Source of the DNA: Octopus sinensis
Taxonomy: Eukaryota
Direction of reading: 5' to 3'
NCBI RefSeq assembly: GCF_006345805.1
Contig: NC_043018.1
Coordinates: 10,044,001 to 10,108,000, forward strand
Length of the DNA stretch: 64,000 nucleotides
The position numbers were made by a program, and so were the translations under genes. This document shows, in pieces, positions 24,071-36,062 of this stretch; the stretch's first letter is position 1, and each line of letters opens with the position of its first letter. The notes beneath the pieces are model-generated. The model made no database searches, was not told the origin of the DNA, and saw only the letters and a list, made by a program, of their open reading frames with translations.

Positions 24071-26209
24071 ACCTTTTATCAAAAATGCTCATTATTTTTG
24101 TCTGTTCTTAATTAGGTTATTGATTACAAAAAGACTAAGATTGTAGCAAACTGTTGTTGTTGCTGTTGTTGATATTACTATTGTTGTTTCCACTGCTACG
24201 GATACTATGGTTGTTGTTGTTGTTGTTGCTGCTGTTGCTGTTGATAAAAATTGTATCTTCGTCATATGTAATTGATCAAATAGCCTCGATTCCACATTTT
24301 ATCTTCGAACAATCAAGCAATTTCACTCCCCTCCCCCCACCACCACACACTTCCTGTATCATTAAAAAACAAAAGAGAAAAAAAAACCCAGTAAACAACA
24401 GAGCTATTCATAGAAAAACAATGGTTTTAAACTCTGGTTTTAATATAACTCTGCCAATTTTGTAAGTAATACTATTATAATATCTTATAATTAATTAATG
24501 ATGATGGTAATGATGATGATATCGATGATAATAATGTTGATGATGATGATATTGATATTGATGATGATGAAGACAGCGAGGATGATGGTGATGATGATGA
24601 AGTAATTATGTGTAATTGAAATCAGAAAGAACTATTTGAAAATGGTTTCCATGGAGAGAGAAAGCGGGAGAGAAGGGAGAGAGAGAGAGAGAGAGCGAAG
24701 GAGGGATGGAGGGAGGGAGAGATTCTTCAATATTTATCCAAAGTCTGTGATTCCAGACGATTATTCAATAGCAAAATTCTTAAAGGATTCTGAACCATTT
24801 TTTGTTTGGAATATGGTAATTATTCCTTTATAAGAGAAAGAAAGGAAAGAAGAAAAAGAACAGAACAAAGTGAAACAAAAGACATCTGAATTTTAATTCA
24901 CTGTTCGTTATAATAATTAATTTATCCCTTCATTTGTTTTTGGTTTTTAATCTAAAAATATTACCTATAAATGATCTTAATTATGTATTAATATTTACAA
25001 TTATTTTCAATTAAGGCTTGACTCTTACGAAAACATTTTGCTTTAAAAAGAAAATATAAAAGGGGAGAAAAAATTTTGCAAAACGTATCTTCATCACCTC
25101 CCACCCTACCAGTAGCTTCTGTCTCATCATCATCCTCATCACTACCCCACAACCACCACCACCACCACCACAATCACCACCATCATCAGCAGCAACACCA
25201 CATTTGACAGGATAATCTGAATGCTAAAGGATTAATCAGTGCAGTGGGGGTTAAGTGTGGTGCACAAAACACAAACCATCACGCCTAAAACCCCAATACA
25301 TTCTCTCTGGTAGTTTAAGGAACATTCATTTGCTTTGGCACTGTCATTCTGGTAAATTTCCTGAAGCTGGATGCTCTTCATACACATTTGTTACACCAAC
25401 CACTTCACAGAGCAAGCCGGTGGGTATTCGATCATGGCACCAACATCAAAGAGGTTGTCAGGCCCTCAGCAAGAACAGTACTTTCAATCCATCACTCACA
25501 TCTTCATACTCTCCCCTCTATCAAGCCGCTCAGTCATGCTTGCCTTGAAAGAATGGAGTCAACGCAGAGTAGAAGGAACTCTTTGGTATTGCAGAGGTAC
25601 AAAGCAACCACTTTAGTGCCGGTGTGACTAAATAGGGCAAATCTGATGGTTCTGTGGCTGCTGAAGAAGAACAACTGGTCTTCACAATAGAGATACTAAG
25701 AAAGATTACACTGGAATACTTTCCTTATATATTTTTTCTTCTTTTATTTGTTTCAGTCATCTGACTGTGGCCATGCTGGAGCACTGCTTTTAGTCAAACA
25801 AGTCGATCCAGGACTTATTCTTTGTAAGCCTAGTACTTATCTATTGGTCTCTTTTGCCGAACTGCTAAGTTATGGGGATGCAAACACACAAGCATCAGTT
25901 GTCAAGCAATGGTGGAGGGTCAAACACACATATAGATATGATGAGCTTCTTTCAGTTTCCATCAACCAAATCCACCCACAAGGCTTTGGTTGGCATGAGG
26001 CTATAGTAGAAGACACTTGCCCAAAGTGCCACGCAGTGGGACTGAACCCAGAACCATGTGATTGGTAAGCAAGCTACTTACCACACGGCCACTCCTGTGC
26101 ATATATGTATACACATATATCTATATACATACACAAATACAGGGAAAACCTATTTTGCATATCTCAAAATTTCTAAGTCCTTGACTTAAATAATATCTAT
26201 CTATCTATG

Positions 26210-26273
<64 letters not shown>

Positions 26274-26411
26274 TAATTCAGGGTATCTAAGAGATATCAC
26301 CATGCTGGAGATAGCAGTCAAATCTTGATTCTAAAACCACATTAACTGTTCATACAGCACCAGGAGAGAAGACAAAGAGACAAAATAAACTAGCAAAAAA
26401 ATTACTGGATA

Positions 26412-26470
26412 ATTCCAGATCCCGGATTTCTGGCTCTGCATAAGAAATGCTCTGCCTTCATCAGTGGAAT
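26412..26470 (-). ncRNA. Type I hammerhead motif
   Basis: Minus strand: ATTCCA-CTGATGA-AGGC...GCCA-GAAA-TCCGGG-ATC-TGGAAT; 6-bp stem I and AUC site. Confidence 0.5.
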
Positions 26471-26656
26471 ATACTCAGAAAGCACATAAATACAAATATA
26501 TATATATATATACAACATACGATATACTTACATATATGAACATATACATACATATATATGCACATGTATGCAATTTTAAATAATTATTACCTTTGAAGGT
26601 TCCCATTCCCATTCTGGCCACCTGATAAGATCGGTATTTAAATATTGATCTTATCC

Positions 26657-26693
<37 letters not shown>

Positions 26694-26904
26694 CACATAA
26701 ATGCAAAACAAGGTGTGTGTATACTTTATTGAGTACATCCAGTTTAATTAAATAAGAAAGAGGGATTTTCTTGGATTTATAATCTCTGTTTAGATAATCT
26801 TAGGATTAAATGATTTCACATCCCTGAGCTACTTTTCTTTTCCTCAGCAATGTTACTATGGTGACCCTGTTACTATAGTGACTGCTAAGAGTTACATTAC
26901 AACA

Positions 26905-27720
26905 GCTCTGTTATAAATGTCAGTGATAAAAGCTGTGTTACAGCCATCATTGGTAAGACCTGTGTTACAAATATCAATGATAAAGCTGTGTTACAAATGA
27001 CAGCGTGAAAGCTGTATCACAATTATGAGCGGCAAAATGTGTGTTACAGGGGTCATAGGTAGAAATTGTGGGACAATCAGGAATGGTAAAATCTGTGTTA
27101 CAACTGTCAATGATAATAGCTATGTAACAGTTGCCACAGATAGAAGCTGTGTTACAAATGTTGCTGGAAAATCTATGTTACTGGTAGAGTCTGTTACACT
27201 TGTCAGGGTGAAAGCTATGTCACAATTATGACTGTTGAAAGCTGTTTAATAAATATCATAGTTAAAATTTGTTACAACTGTCAATGTAAAAAGCTGTGTT
27301 ACAACTATCACTGGCAGAAGTTGTGTTACAAATGTCAATGGTAGAAGCTGTATTATAAATGTCTCTAGGTGGAAGTTGTGTTACAAATGACAATAGTAAA
27401 AACTGTTACAAATACCAATGGCAAAAGTAGTGTTACAACTGTTGATGGTAACAACTATGTTACAAAAGCTTTGTTACAAATGTCAGTGACAGATGCTGTT
27501 TAACAAATGTCAATGGAAAAAGCTATGTTACAGTTTTCAGGGTGTGAGGAGGGTTATGATTAGGAATGGCAAAGTTGTGTTACAAATATCAATGGTAAAA
27601 TTTGTGTCACAAATGTCAATGGTAAGAGCTATGTTACAAGTGTGAGTAGTAAAAGCTGTGTTACAAATGTCAATGGTAAAAAATATGTTACAGTCATCTG
27701 TTTGACACATAATGGGTTAC
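26905..27720. repeat. Degenerate minisatellite, ~27-bp unit (approx. AATGTCAATGGTAAAAGCTGTGTTACA)
   Basis: GTGTTACA-like motif recurs about every 27 bp. Confidence 0.8.
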
Positions 27721-28309
27721 AAATAAGTCATAAAAAAATATATATCTCTGTCTGTCTGTCCCATATTACAGCAAATCAACAATCTCTATGGAAACTCTGA
27801 TGACAATATATTCTATGTAATAATAATAAATTCTGTGTCACACATTTGTGACACACGTGTGTCATGGCTGTGTGGTAATAAACTTGCTTCCCAACCATAT
27901 GGTTTTTGGTTCAGTTCCACTGCGTGGCACCTTGGGCAAATGTCTTCAACTATAGCCTCGGGCCAACCAAAGCCTTGTGAGTGGATTTGGTAGATGGAAA
28001 CTGGAAGAAGCCCATAGTATATATATCTATGTGTGTGTAATTTTATTCTCTGTGTTTGTCTGCCCCCTTCCCCATCACTGCTTGACAACCGGTGTTGGTG
28101 TGTTTACATTCCTGTAACCTAGCAGTTCAGCAAAAGCAACTGATAGAATCAGTACTATGATTAAAAAAAAATGTCCTGGGGTCGATTTGTTTGACCAAAA
28201 CCCTTTAAGGTGGTCGTCCAGCATGGCCACAGTCAAATGACTGAAAAAAGTAAAGGAATAAAAGAATATTCTAAAATTTTGTCTCAAACTCACAAACCAT
28301 CTTCCCCAC

Positions 28310-28590
28310 CTCTCTCTCTCTCTCTCTCTATCTACCTATCTATCTATCCATCCACCCATCTATCTATCTATCTATCTATCCATCCATCCATCCACCCATC
28401 TATCTATCTATCTACCTACCTATCTATCTATCAATCTATCTATCTATCTACCTATCTATCTATCAATCTATCTATCTATCTACCTATCTATCTATCAATC
28501 TATCTATCTGTTTATCTATCTACCTATCTATCTATCCATCCATCCATCCACCCATCTATCTATCTATCTATCCATCCACCCATCTATCTG

Positions 28591-28638
<48 letters not shown>

Positions 28639-28731
28639 CCTACCTACCTATCTATCTATCTATCTATCTACCTACCTACCTACCTACCTATCTATCTATC
28701 TACCTACCTACCTACCTACCTACCTACCTAC

Positions 28732-28793
<62 letters not shown>

Positions 28794-28850
28794 CTCTCTC
28801 TCTCTCTCTCTCACTCTCTATCTATCTATCTATCTATATCTCTCTTTCTC
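28310..28850. repeat. (ATCT/ACCT/ATCC)n tetranucleotide array abutting the Syt1 ATG-exon acceptor
   Basis: Direct reading; a similar array lies at about 43420-43620. Confidence 0.9.
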
Positions 28851-28903
28851 ATGCTCATTTTTCTCTCTTTATTTACTTGCAGGACTTTTATTAAAGCAGC
28901 ACG

Positions 28904-29090
28904 ATGCCCGCTTATCTCTCAGATACGCTTCTGCGATTGAGGCGTGATGCAGCAGCTAAAGATAGTGCAGATGAGGTGACCACAGTGGCTGATGACAATG
29001 GAGCGTCCGGTGTGGAGACTTCTACGAAACCAACTAAACAAAATGGTATTGACAAAATTATGGACGAAGCATTACATGAATTAGAAAAAC
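28904..29090 (+). CDS. Syt1: Synaptotagmin-1, first coding exon (lumenal N-terminus [15 protein letters not shown]...LHELEK, 62 codons + 1 nt); exon starts at 28883 with 21 nt of 5' UTR
   Basis: Pyrimidine tract + AG acceptor at 28881-28882. In-frame TAA at 28892-28894 upstream of ATG 28904. Donor AAAC|GTAGGT at 29091. The leftover C plus TA of the 62187 exon gives CTA(L), yielding ELEK-LPIWAIILICAG, the continuous junction expected of molluscan Syt1 (recognised from memory). Confidence 0.88.
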
Positions 29091-30071
29091 GTAGGTACCT
29101 TCCTTTGCCCTTTAGCGGTCTGCTTATCGTTTTTTTCCTATTTTCTCTCTATTTTTTCAACACCACATATAAATCTATTATCCATACATACATACACATA
29201 TACTTACATATATATATATATACATATATGCACACACACATACATACAGGTATACATATGTACGTGAGCATATGTTTATGTATATATGTGTGTGTGTATA
29301 TTTGATATACAGTTACATATCTACATCTGTACGTATATATTTAAGTATGCGTTAGTATGTGACTGTATATAATTGAGTATGTATATATATGTATGTATAT
29401 ATATATATATGTAAGCATGTATGTATGAACGTGTGTTTGTGTATGTGTGAGCGTGTGTGTGTGTATGGCTGTATATGTGTATATGTATTACATATGTGTA
29501 TATATGTATATCTATGTATGTATGTATATATATTTTACATGAATATATATTACATGTATATGTATGTATGTATATGTATGTATGTATGTATGTAGGTAGG
29601 TATGTATGTATATATATATTTTACATGAATATATATTACATGTAAATGTATGTATGTAGGTATGTATGTATGTATGTATGTATGTAGGTATGTATATATA
29701 TATTTTACATGAATATATATTACATGTATATGTATGTATGTAGGTATGTACGTATCAGTATGTATGTATGTGTATGTATATAATATCTGTTAATCAAGCC
29801 TATAGGATTACAACCTTATTTTATTGTGGGAAATAAAATATATTGTATTATCTGAGCCATTAACTGAGAATCCATGTCCTCATTTGACATGCTAGAAATA
29901 GCAGCAAGATCTTCAGAGTACAACCTATTGTCTTGTAAAAGAAGGAATACATTGAATGATGTCGTCTAAAACATGCAATGCCATGAGAAATCTGAGATCA
30001 GTTGACATTTGCTGCCTAATCACAGCTGACTTGAAACAAACAATTGCAATGCATACAATATATACATATAA

Positions 30072-30278
30072 AGTTAATCCAAACATGAGAACACAAAGAG
30101 AACACAACAACGCGAGGACGTGGAACAAACATAGTATTATTGGACGCTCAGGAAGGAAGGGAAGAAGGAGGGTTAAACGTTTCGAGCGGAGCTCTTCGTC
30201 AGAAACATAGGAAAAGGAAAGATCCAGAGAAGGGAAGACAGAGGGAAAAAAAATCGCCAACGGTACACACGCGGTCAC
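30072..30278 (-). mobile_element. Same hammerhead-bearing repeat, copy 3 (canonical CUGACGA core)
   Basis: Reverse complement reads GTTTCTGACGAAGAGCTCCGCTCGAAACGTTTAAC (30206-30172). Confidence 0.7.
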
Positions 30279-30523
30279 GTGTGCATGTATGTATATGGGT
30301 GAAAGATCACACACATATATACGTATATAAGGCAGCTGTTGATCTTGTCAGTGACGGTATCACAGCAAAAAGCACCCAGTACACTCTGTAAAGTGGTTGG
30401 CATTAGGAAGGACATCCAGCTGTAGAAACCATGCCAAAACAGACAATGGAACGTGGTACAGCTGCTGTCAAACTGTCCAAGCCATGCCAGCCTGGGAGAC
30501 AGACATTAAATGATGACGATGAT

Positions 30524-30560
<37 letters not shown>

Positions 30561-30589
30561 TTCTGCTTGTGAAACCACGAAGAAGATAG

Positions 30590-30965
30590 CAAAGTTCTCG
30601 CAATTGTTGGATGTGTTCCACTGACACTCTAAGTTCAATCCTGGTCGTCTTTCACCAGGACAGCAAGAGAAACAAAGAAGTGATGAGAAAAGCTGGCAGG
30701 ATAAATTTACAGGCTGTGGTGGCCAAGCAATGGATAAGGTTTGCTGAGCATGTGTTTTGGTTATGGCAGGACAGATGTGCTACCACTGTGATGGAATGGC
30801 CGCTAGAGGGAGGAAAAAAATAAAAAAGCAAGCAGAAGACGAAGGAAGATGACATGCGTTCTGGAATGACATTATAGCTATGGAAATTGGTTTGAGAGGA
30901 GCCAAGAAGAAAGCAAATAATTGGGGCATTTGGAGATGGCACCGGAGGATTTCAGAGCTAAGGGT
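30590..30965 (+). mobile_element. Degenerate RTE-clade LINE 3' fragment (RT C-terminus)
   Basis: LLDVFH...RNKEVMRKAG...QWIRFAEHVFW...MEWPLEGGKK resembles the RTE C-terminal pattern 'DVFH..CLR..L...V.N.EV..RAG......RRLRF.GHV.R......W.P.GG.R'. Confidence 0.6.
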
Positions 30966-31007
30966 ATTGAGAAAAATAATTACAAATATACACGTGTGGA
31001 TAAACAT

Positions 31008-31368
31008 GTGAAGGCGCGTGGCTCAGTGGTTAGAGCGTCGAGCTTACGATCGTGAGGTTGTGAGCTCGAATCCCGGACCGGGCTGCGTGTTGTATTCTTG
31101 AGCAAGACACTTTATTTCACGTTGCTCCAGTTCACTCAGCTGCAGAAATGAGTTGCGATGTCACAGGTGCCAAGCTGTATCGGCCCTTGCCTTTCCCTTG
31201 GATAACACTGGTGGTGTGGAGAGGGGAGGCTGGTATGCATGGCCGACTGCTGGTCTTCCATAAAAAAAAAAATTAAAAAAATAAAAAACAACCTTGCCCA
31301 GACTTGTGCCTCAGAGGGTAACTCTCTAGGTGCAGACCCATGGTCAGTGTCTGACCGAAGGGGGTCAC
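31008..31368 (+). mobile_element. tRNA-derived SINE family B; representative copy
   Basis: GGCTCAGTGGTTAGAGCG (A box), GAGCTCGAATCCC (B box), and TTCTTGAGCAAGACACTT central motif. Other copies at about 8062-8402(-), 11052-11305(-), 13912-14115(+). Confidence 0.75.
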
Positions 31369-33032
31369 CAATCACCAAGGATAAACATATAAGTTTGTGG
31401 ATATACGCAAGTGTATGAATATGCATGTGGTATATAGATATAAATACTTGTGAATAGATACAAGTATATATACGCTTGCTATAACCTCCAAGACACTGTG
31501 AACATAAATAGAGATGCATCATCATCATCATCATCATCATGATGTATTTGTGTAAAGTCACATTTGACATGTTCCAGCGTAATTGGATGTGATGAAGCCT
31601 TTCACTGCAGGAAATACACCCAACAACACATGCACATACACACACATATGTATTGTTGGCTTATGGGTGTTGGTGCCATGTAAAAGAAACCGTGTTGGTG
31701 CCATGGAAATGTGCCTCTTTTGGTTCTACATGAGCACCGAATACCCTGTAAAGTGGTTAGTGTTAGGAAGGGTTGAAATAATGTCAAAACAGACAAATTG
31801 GGTCCAGGAACTTCTTCAGCAGGTCAGCCCCTATCAAACTGTCTAACCGAAGCCAGCATAAAAAAGATGCACACACACACACACACACATATATTTATAT
31901 AGTGAAGGTGCCTTGCCTGATGGTTAGGCTGTTGAGCTCACAATCGCTAGATCATGGGCTCAATTCCCTGACTAGGCAGCAAGTTGTGTTCTTGAGCAAA
32001 AAACTTCATTTCAAGAAGGATTGTTAGCCAACTTCTCTAGCCAGCAGGGTGGTGTCATTTGAAGGTTAAAACAATGCAAAACTGCATTGTGACCAGCGAT
32101 GTGTAACATCTGATAGCCAGGTTAGTCACATGTCACACACATATATATATATCAGTACACATATATACTTATTGGTGCATGGCCAAATGGTTAGGGTATT
32201 GCACTCACCATCACAAAGTTGTGGTTTTGATTCCCAAACTGGGCAGTGCCTTATGATCTTGAGCAAAACGCTTCATTTCACGTTGCCCCAGTGCACTGAG
32301 CTGTAAATGGGCAACCCCCTGCAATGGGCTCATATTCTGATGAGAGGGAATGTTGGCCTGCCCACCTGCTGGCCAGCAGGATGGCATCAACCAAAAGCAA
32401 CAAGAATGTGAGGAAGCGCATTGTGACCAGCAGGGTATAACAGCACCTTATAGTCTGATCAATACAGCATAGTGATATGCTCATACACACACATATATCT
32501 ATGTATGTATGTCTAGGCATGGCTGTGTGGTAAGAAGCTTGCTTCCCAATTACATGGTTCTGGGTTCAGTCCCACTGCATGGCCCCTTGGACAAGTGTCT
32601 TTGGAGGAGGGGGACAGTCGATTATATTGGCTCCATTATTCAATTGGTATTTATTTTATCAACCTTGAAGACATGAAAGACAAAGTCAACCTCAGTGGAA
32701 ATTGAACTGAGAGCATAAAGACAAAGGAAATGCCACCAAGCGCTGTGTCCAAGATGCTAAGGATTCTGCAGTTTTTCCACCTTGATAATAATAATAAGAA
32801 TAACAATAACAATAATAATCCTTTCCATGATAAGCACAAGGCCTGAAATTTGAGGGGAGGGGACTAGTCAATTACATTGACTCCAGTGCATAACTAGTAC
32901 CTAATTTGTCAACTCTTGAAAGGATGAAAGATAAAATTGATCTTGGTGGAATTTGAACTCAGAACATAGCGACGGCCAAAATACCACTAAGCATTTCATC
33001 CAGTGTGCTAACAATTCAGCCAGCTCACTACC

Positions 33033-33086
<54 letters not shown>

Positions 33087-33935
33087 GGATGATATAATAA
33101 TGGTTTCACATTTTGACACAAGGCCAGCAATCTCAGGGAAGGGAATAAGTCCATTACTTACTTCTTTATTGTCCACAAGGGGCTAAACATAGAGGGGACA
33201 AACAAGGACAGACAAAGAGATTAAGTCGATTACATCGACCCCAGCGCATAACTGGTACTTAATTTATCGACTCCGAAAGGATGAAAAGCAAAGTCGACCT
33301 CGACAGAATTTGAACACAGAACGTAACGACAGACAAAATATCGCTAAGTCCATTACATCAACCCCAGTACTCAACTGGTACTTGTTCTACCAACCAGGAA
33401 AGGATGAAAGGCAAAGTTGACATCAGCAGATTTTGATCACAGAATATACAGACAGATGAAATGTCTTGAAGCATTTTGTCTGGGGTGCTAAAGGTTCTGC
33501 CAGCTCACTTGCCCTTACCTTCAGTTTGTACTTGTACTGTACCTTTAGCTACAGTATTGAAATAATGGACCTAGTCTATGACGCTAGCCCCTACATTGCC
33601 CTTTATTTCCGAGAAATAGCAGCCAAGTCTACCTCAAATCACATCTTATTGTTTTAAAAATAGATTGACACACTGGACCATAGATTAGACTGAACTAGGT
33701 TGAAACAGTAACAACAATAAGAACAAGGATGGCTTCTTTGATAATCTTTTTTAACAGAGGATTAGGAGCAGCTGTGTGGTAAGTAGCTTGCTTACGAACG
33801 ACATGGTTCCAGGTTCAGTCCCACTGCGTGGCACCTTGGGCAAGTGTTTTCTACTATAGTCTCGGGCCGACCAAAGCCTTGTGAGTGGATTTGGTAGACA
33901 GAAACTGAAAGAAGCCTGTTGTATATATATGTATA

Positions 33936-34008
<73 letters not shown>

Positions 34009-34215
34009 GTGTGTGTGTCTGACATCGCTTGACAACCGATACTGGTGTGTTTACGTCCCCGTAACCTAGTGGTTCGGCAAAAGAGACTGATAGAATAAGT
34101 ACCAGGCTTACAAAGAATAAGTCCTGGGGTTGATTTGCTCAACTAAAAGGTGGTGCTCCACCATGGCCACAGTCAAATGACTGAAACAAGTAAAAGAGTA
34201 AAGAGTAAAGAGTAT

Positions 34216-34405
34216 AGTTAATCCAAACATGAAAAGACAAAGAGAAAACACAACAACGCAAGGACGTGGATCAAGTATAGTGTTATTGGAAAAGAAAGAA
34301 AGGAGGATTTAATATTTCGAGTGGAGCTCTTCATCAGAAAAAGAAAAAGGAAAGATCCAAGGAAGGGAAGACAGAGAAAGAAAATCGCCACCGATACACA
34401 CGCAG

Positions 34406-34409
<4 letters not shown>
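34216..34409 (-). mobile_element. Same hammerhead-bearing repeat, copy 4 (CpG-decayed)
   Basis: Reverse complement reads TTTTCTGATGAAGAGCTCCACTCGAAATATTAAAT. Confidence 0.65.
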
Positions 34410-34466
<57 letters not shown>

Positions 34467-34535
34467 ATGTAAAGGTGGTTCATTTGCAACTTACACCTGA
34501 CAAGCAGAAATATAGATGTCACTATACATATTTGT

Positions 34536-34846
34536 GGAGGCACATGACCTAGTGATTAGAGCAGCACACTCGTGGTCGAGGGATCGCAGGTTCAAATCTC
34601 AGACCGGATGAAGTGTGTGTGTGTTTATGAGCGAAACACCTAAGCTCCACGCGGCTCCGGCAGAAGATAATGGCAAAACTTCTGCTGACTCTTTCGCCAC
34701 AACTTTCTCTCACTCTTTCCTCCTGCATCTTGCAGCTCACCTGCGACGGACTGGCGTCTCGTCCAGGTGGGGAACCTATAAGCCAAGAAACCGGGAAACT
34801 GGCCCCTTTGAGCCAGGCATGGCTCAAAGAAGGAACAAACAAAACT
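34536..34846 (+). mobile_element. tRNA-derived SINE with V-domain-like segment
   Basis: tRNA-like head (GGTTCAAATC B box) and CCTGCGACGGACTGGCGTCTCGTCCAGG resembling the V-SINE domain. Confidence 0.55.
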
Positions 34847-36062
34847 ATACGTATTTGGTAGGGGGATGTTGTGTGTATGTATATATGACTATATGTATGT
34901 ATATCAGTATGTATGGTGGCTTGTGTGTGTGTGTGTGTGCGTGCGTGCGTGTGTGTGTGTGCGTGCATGTGTGTGTGTGTGGGTTTGACTGATTTTTACC
35001 AAATTTTGGCTTTGCTTGTTTTCAAGTTTTGCTTTCCAATTTCTCACCCATTCACACAAAAGCTTCCGGCATGTTTTCTTCTTCTTCCTCACCTTCTTTA
35101 TCTCTCTCTCCCCCGTCTCCCCCCTCTCTCTCTCACCACAACATGCGCCACTTCCACCCTCTTTCACTCTTTGCCTTTTAACAATGCCCATCACCTCATC
35201 TATCCCATCCTCCTCCCTCCTCATGACCAATGGCTATTCCAGTGTTAGTCATCCTCCCCCCCTGCGAAAAAAAAAAAAAACTAACAAGACCTCTTCCAAA
35301 TCACTAAAGCAAATTAAACAAAAACAAAAAGAAATTAAAGGAAAATTATTTGAATTGTTAAATATCATAGTTTGGGATGATGGGATGTTGAATGTATCAA
35401 GTTGAGCTGTTTTAACTCCTGTTGGCCATAAGCCAGAAACAAAAACACTCTCTACATAAGTAATAGAACACTCATATTTTTATATTGTTAAACAAATTAC
35501 TGGTTATGGCATATAACCAATCAGAATGTTACCACTGGTTTCATGTTGAATATTGCCACAAGACAACATTCAATGTGAAACCACTGGTAACATTATATGT
35601 TATATAAATTTAAGTCACAATATATGGATTGAAGTAATCCGTCGGTAATCATAAAAAATGCTCCATTCTACAAAACACATAAAATATATAGTACGTACGT
35701 ACGATACAAGAGAAAATGATAAGGAGTGTATAAAGTTACAAATGACAGAGAAATATATATGTAGGCTGAAATAATAAATGTCACAGTTTGAACTGGTAAA
35801 ATATATCGCTTGAACATGCAGATCTAAATTGAAAGTATATAAGTTCAGGCTGCTAGATATTTTATTAGTCTGGTGTTTAAAAGTCAGTTTGATAAACAAG
35901 TAAGATTCTCACTGATGTTCAGAAGTCTTTTTATAATAAATTACCCAACAATGAACCCTAAATGAAGAATAACTTTAATACAGTCAAATGCTAGAATACC
36001 GTTTTCTAAATTTTACCTTAAACATACTAAAGGGTGTTGTATTTTATGCAAAGAATTACTCC

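Noticed and set aside
26905-27720. CRISPR-like periodicity in the minisatellites
   Set aside because: Eukaryotic context, degenerate contiguous units, no conserved repeat with unique spacers, no cas genes.
28210-28947. 245-aa ORF overlapping the Syt1 start exon
   Set aside because: Runs through a SINE tail and the (ATCT)n array; different frame from Syt1.
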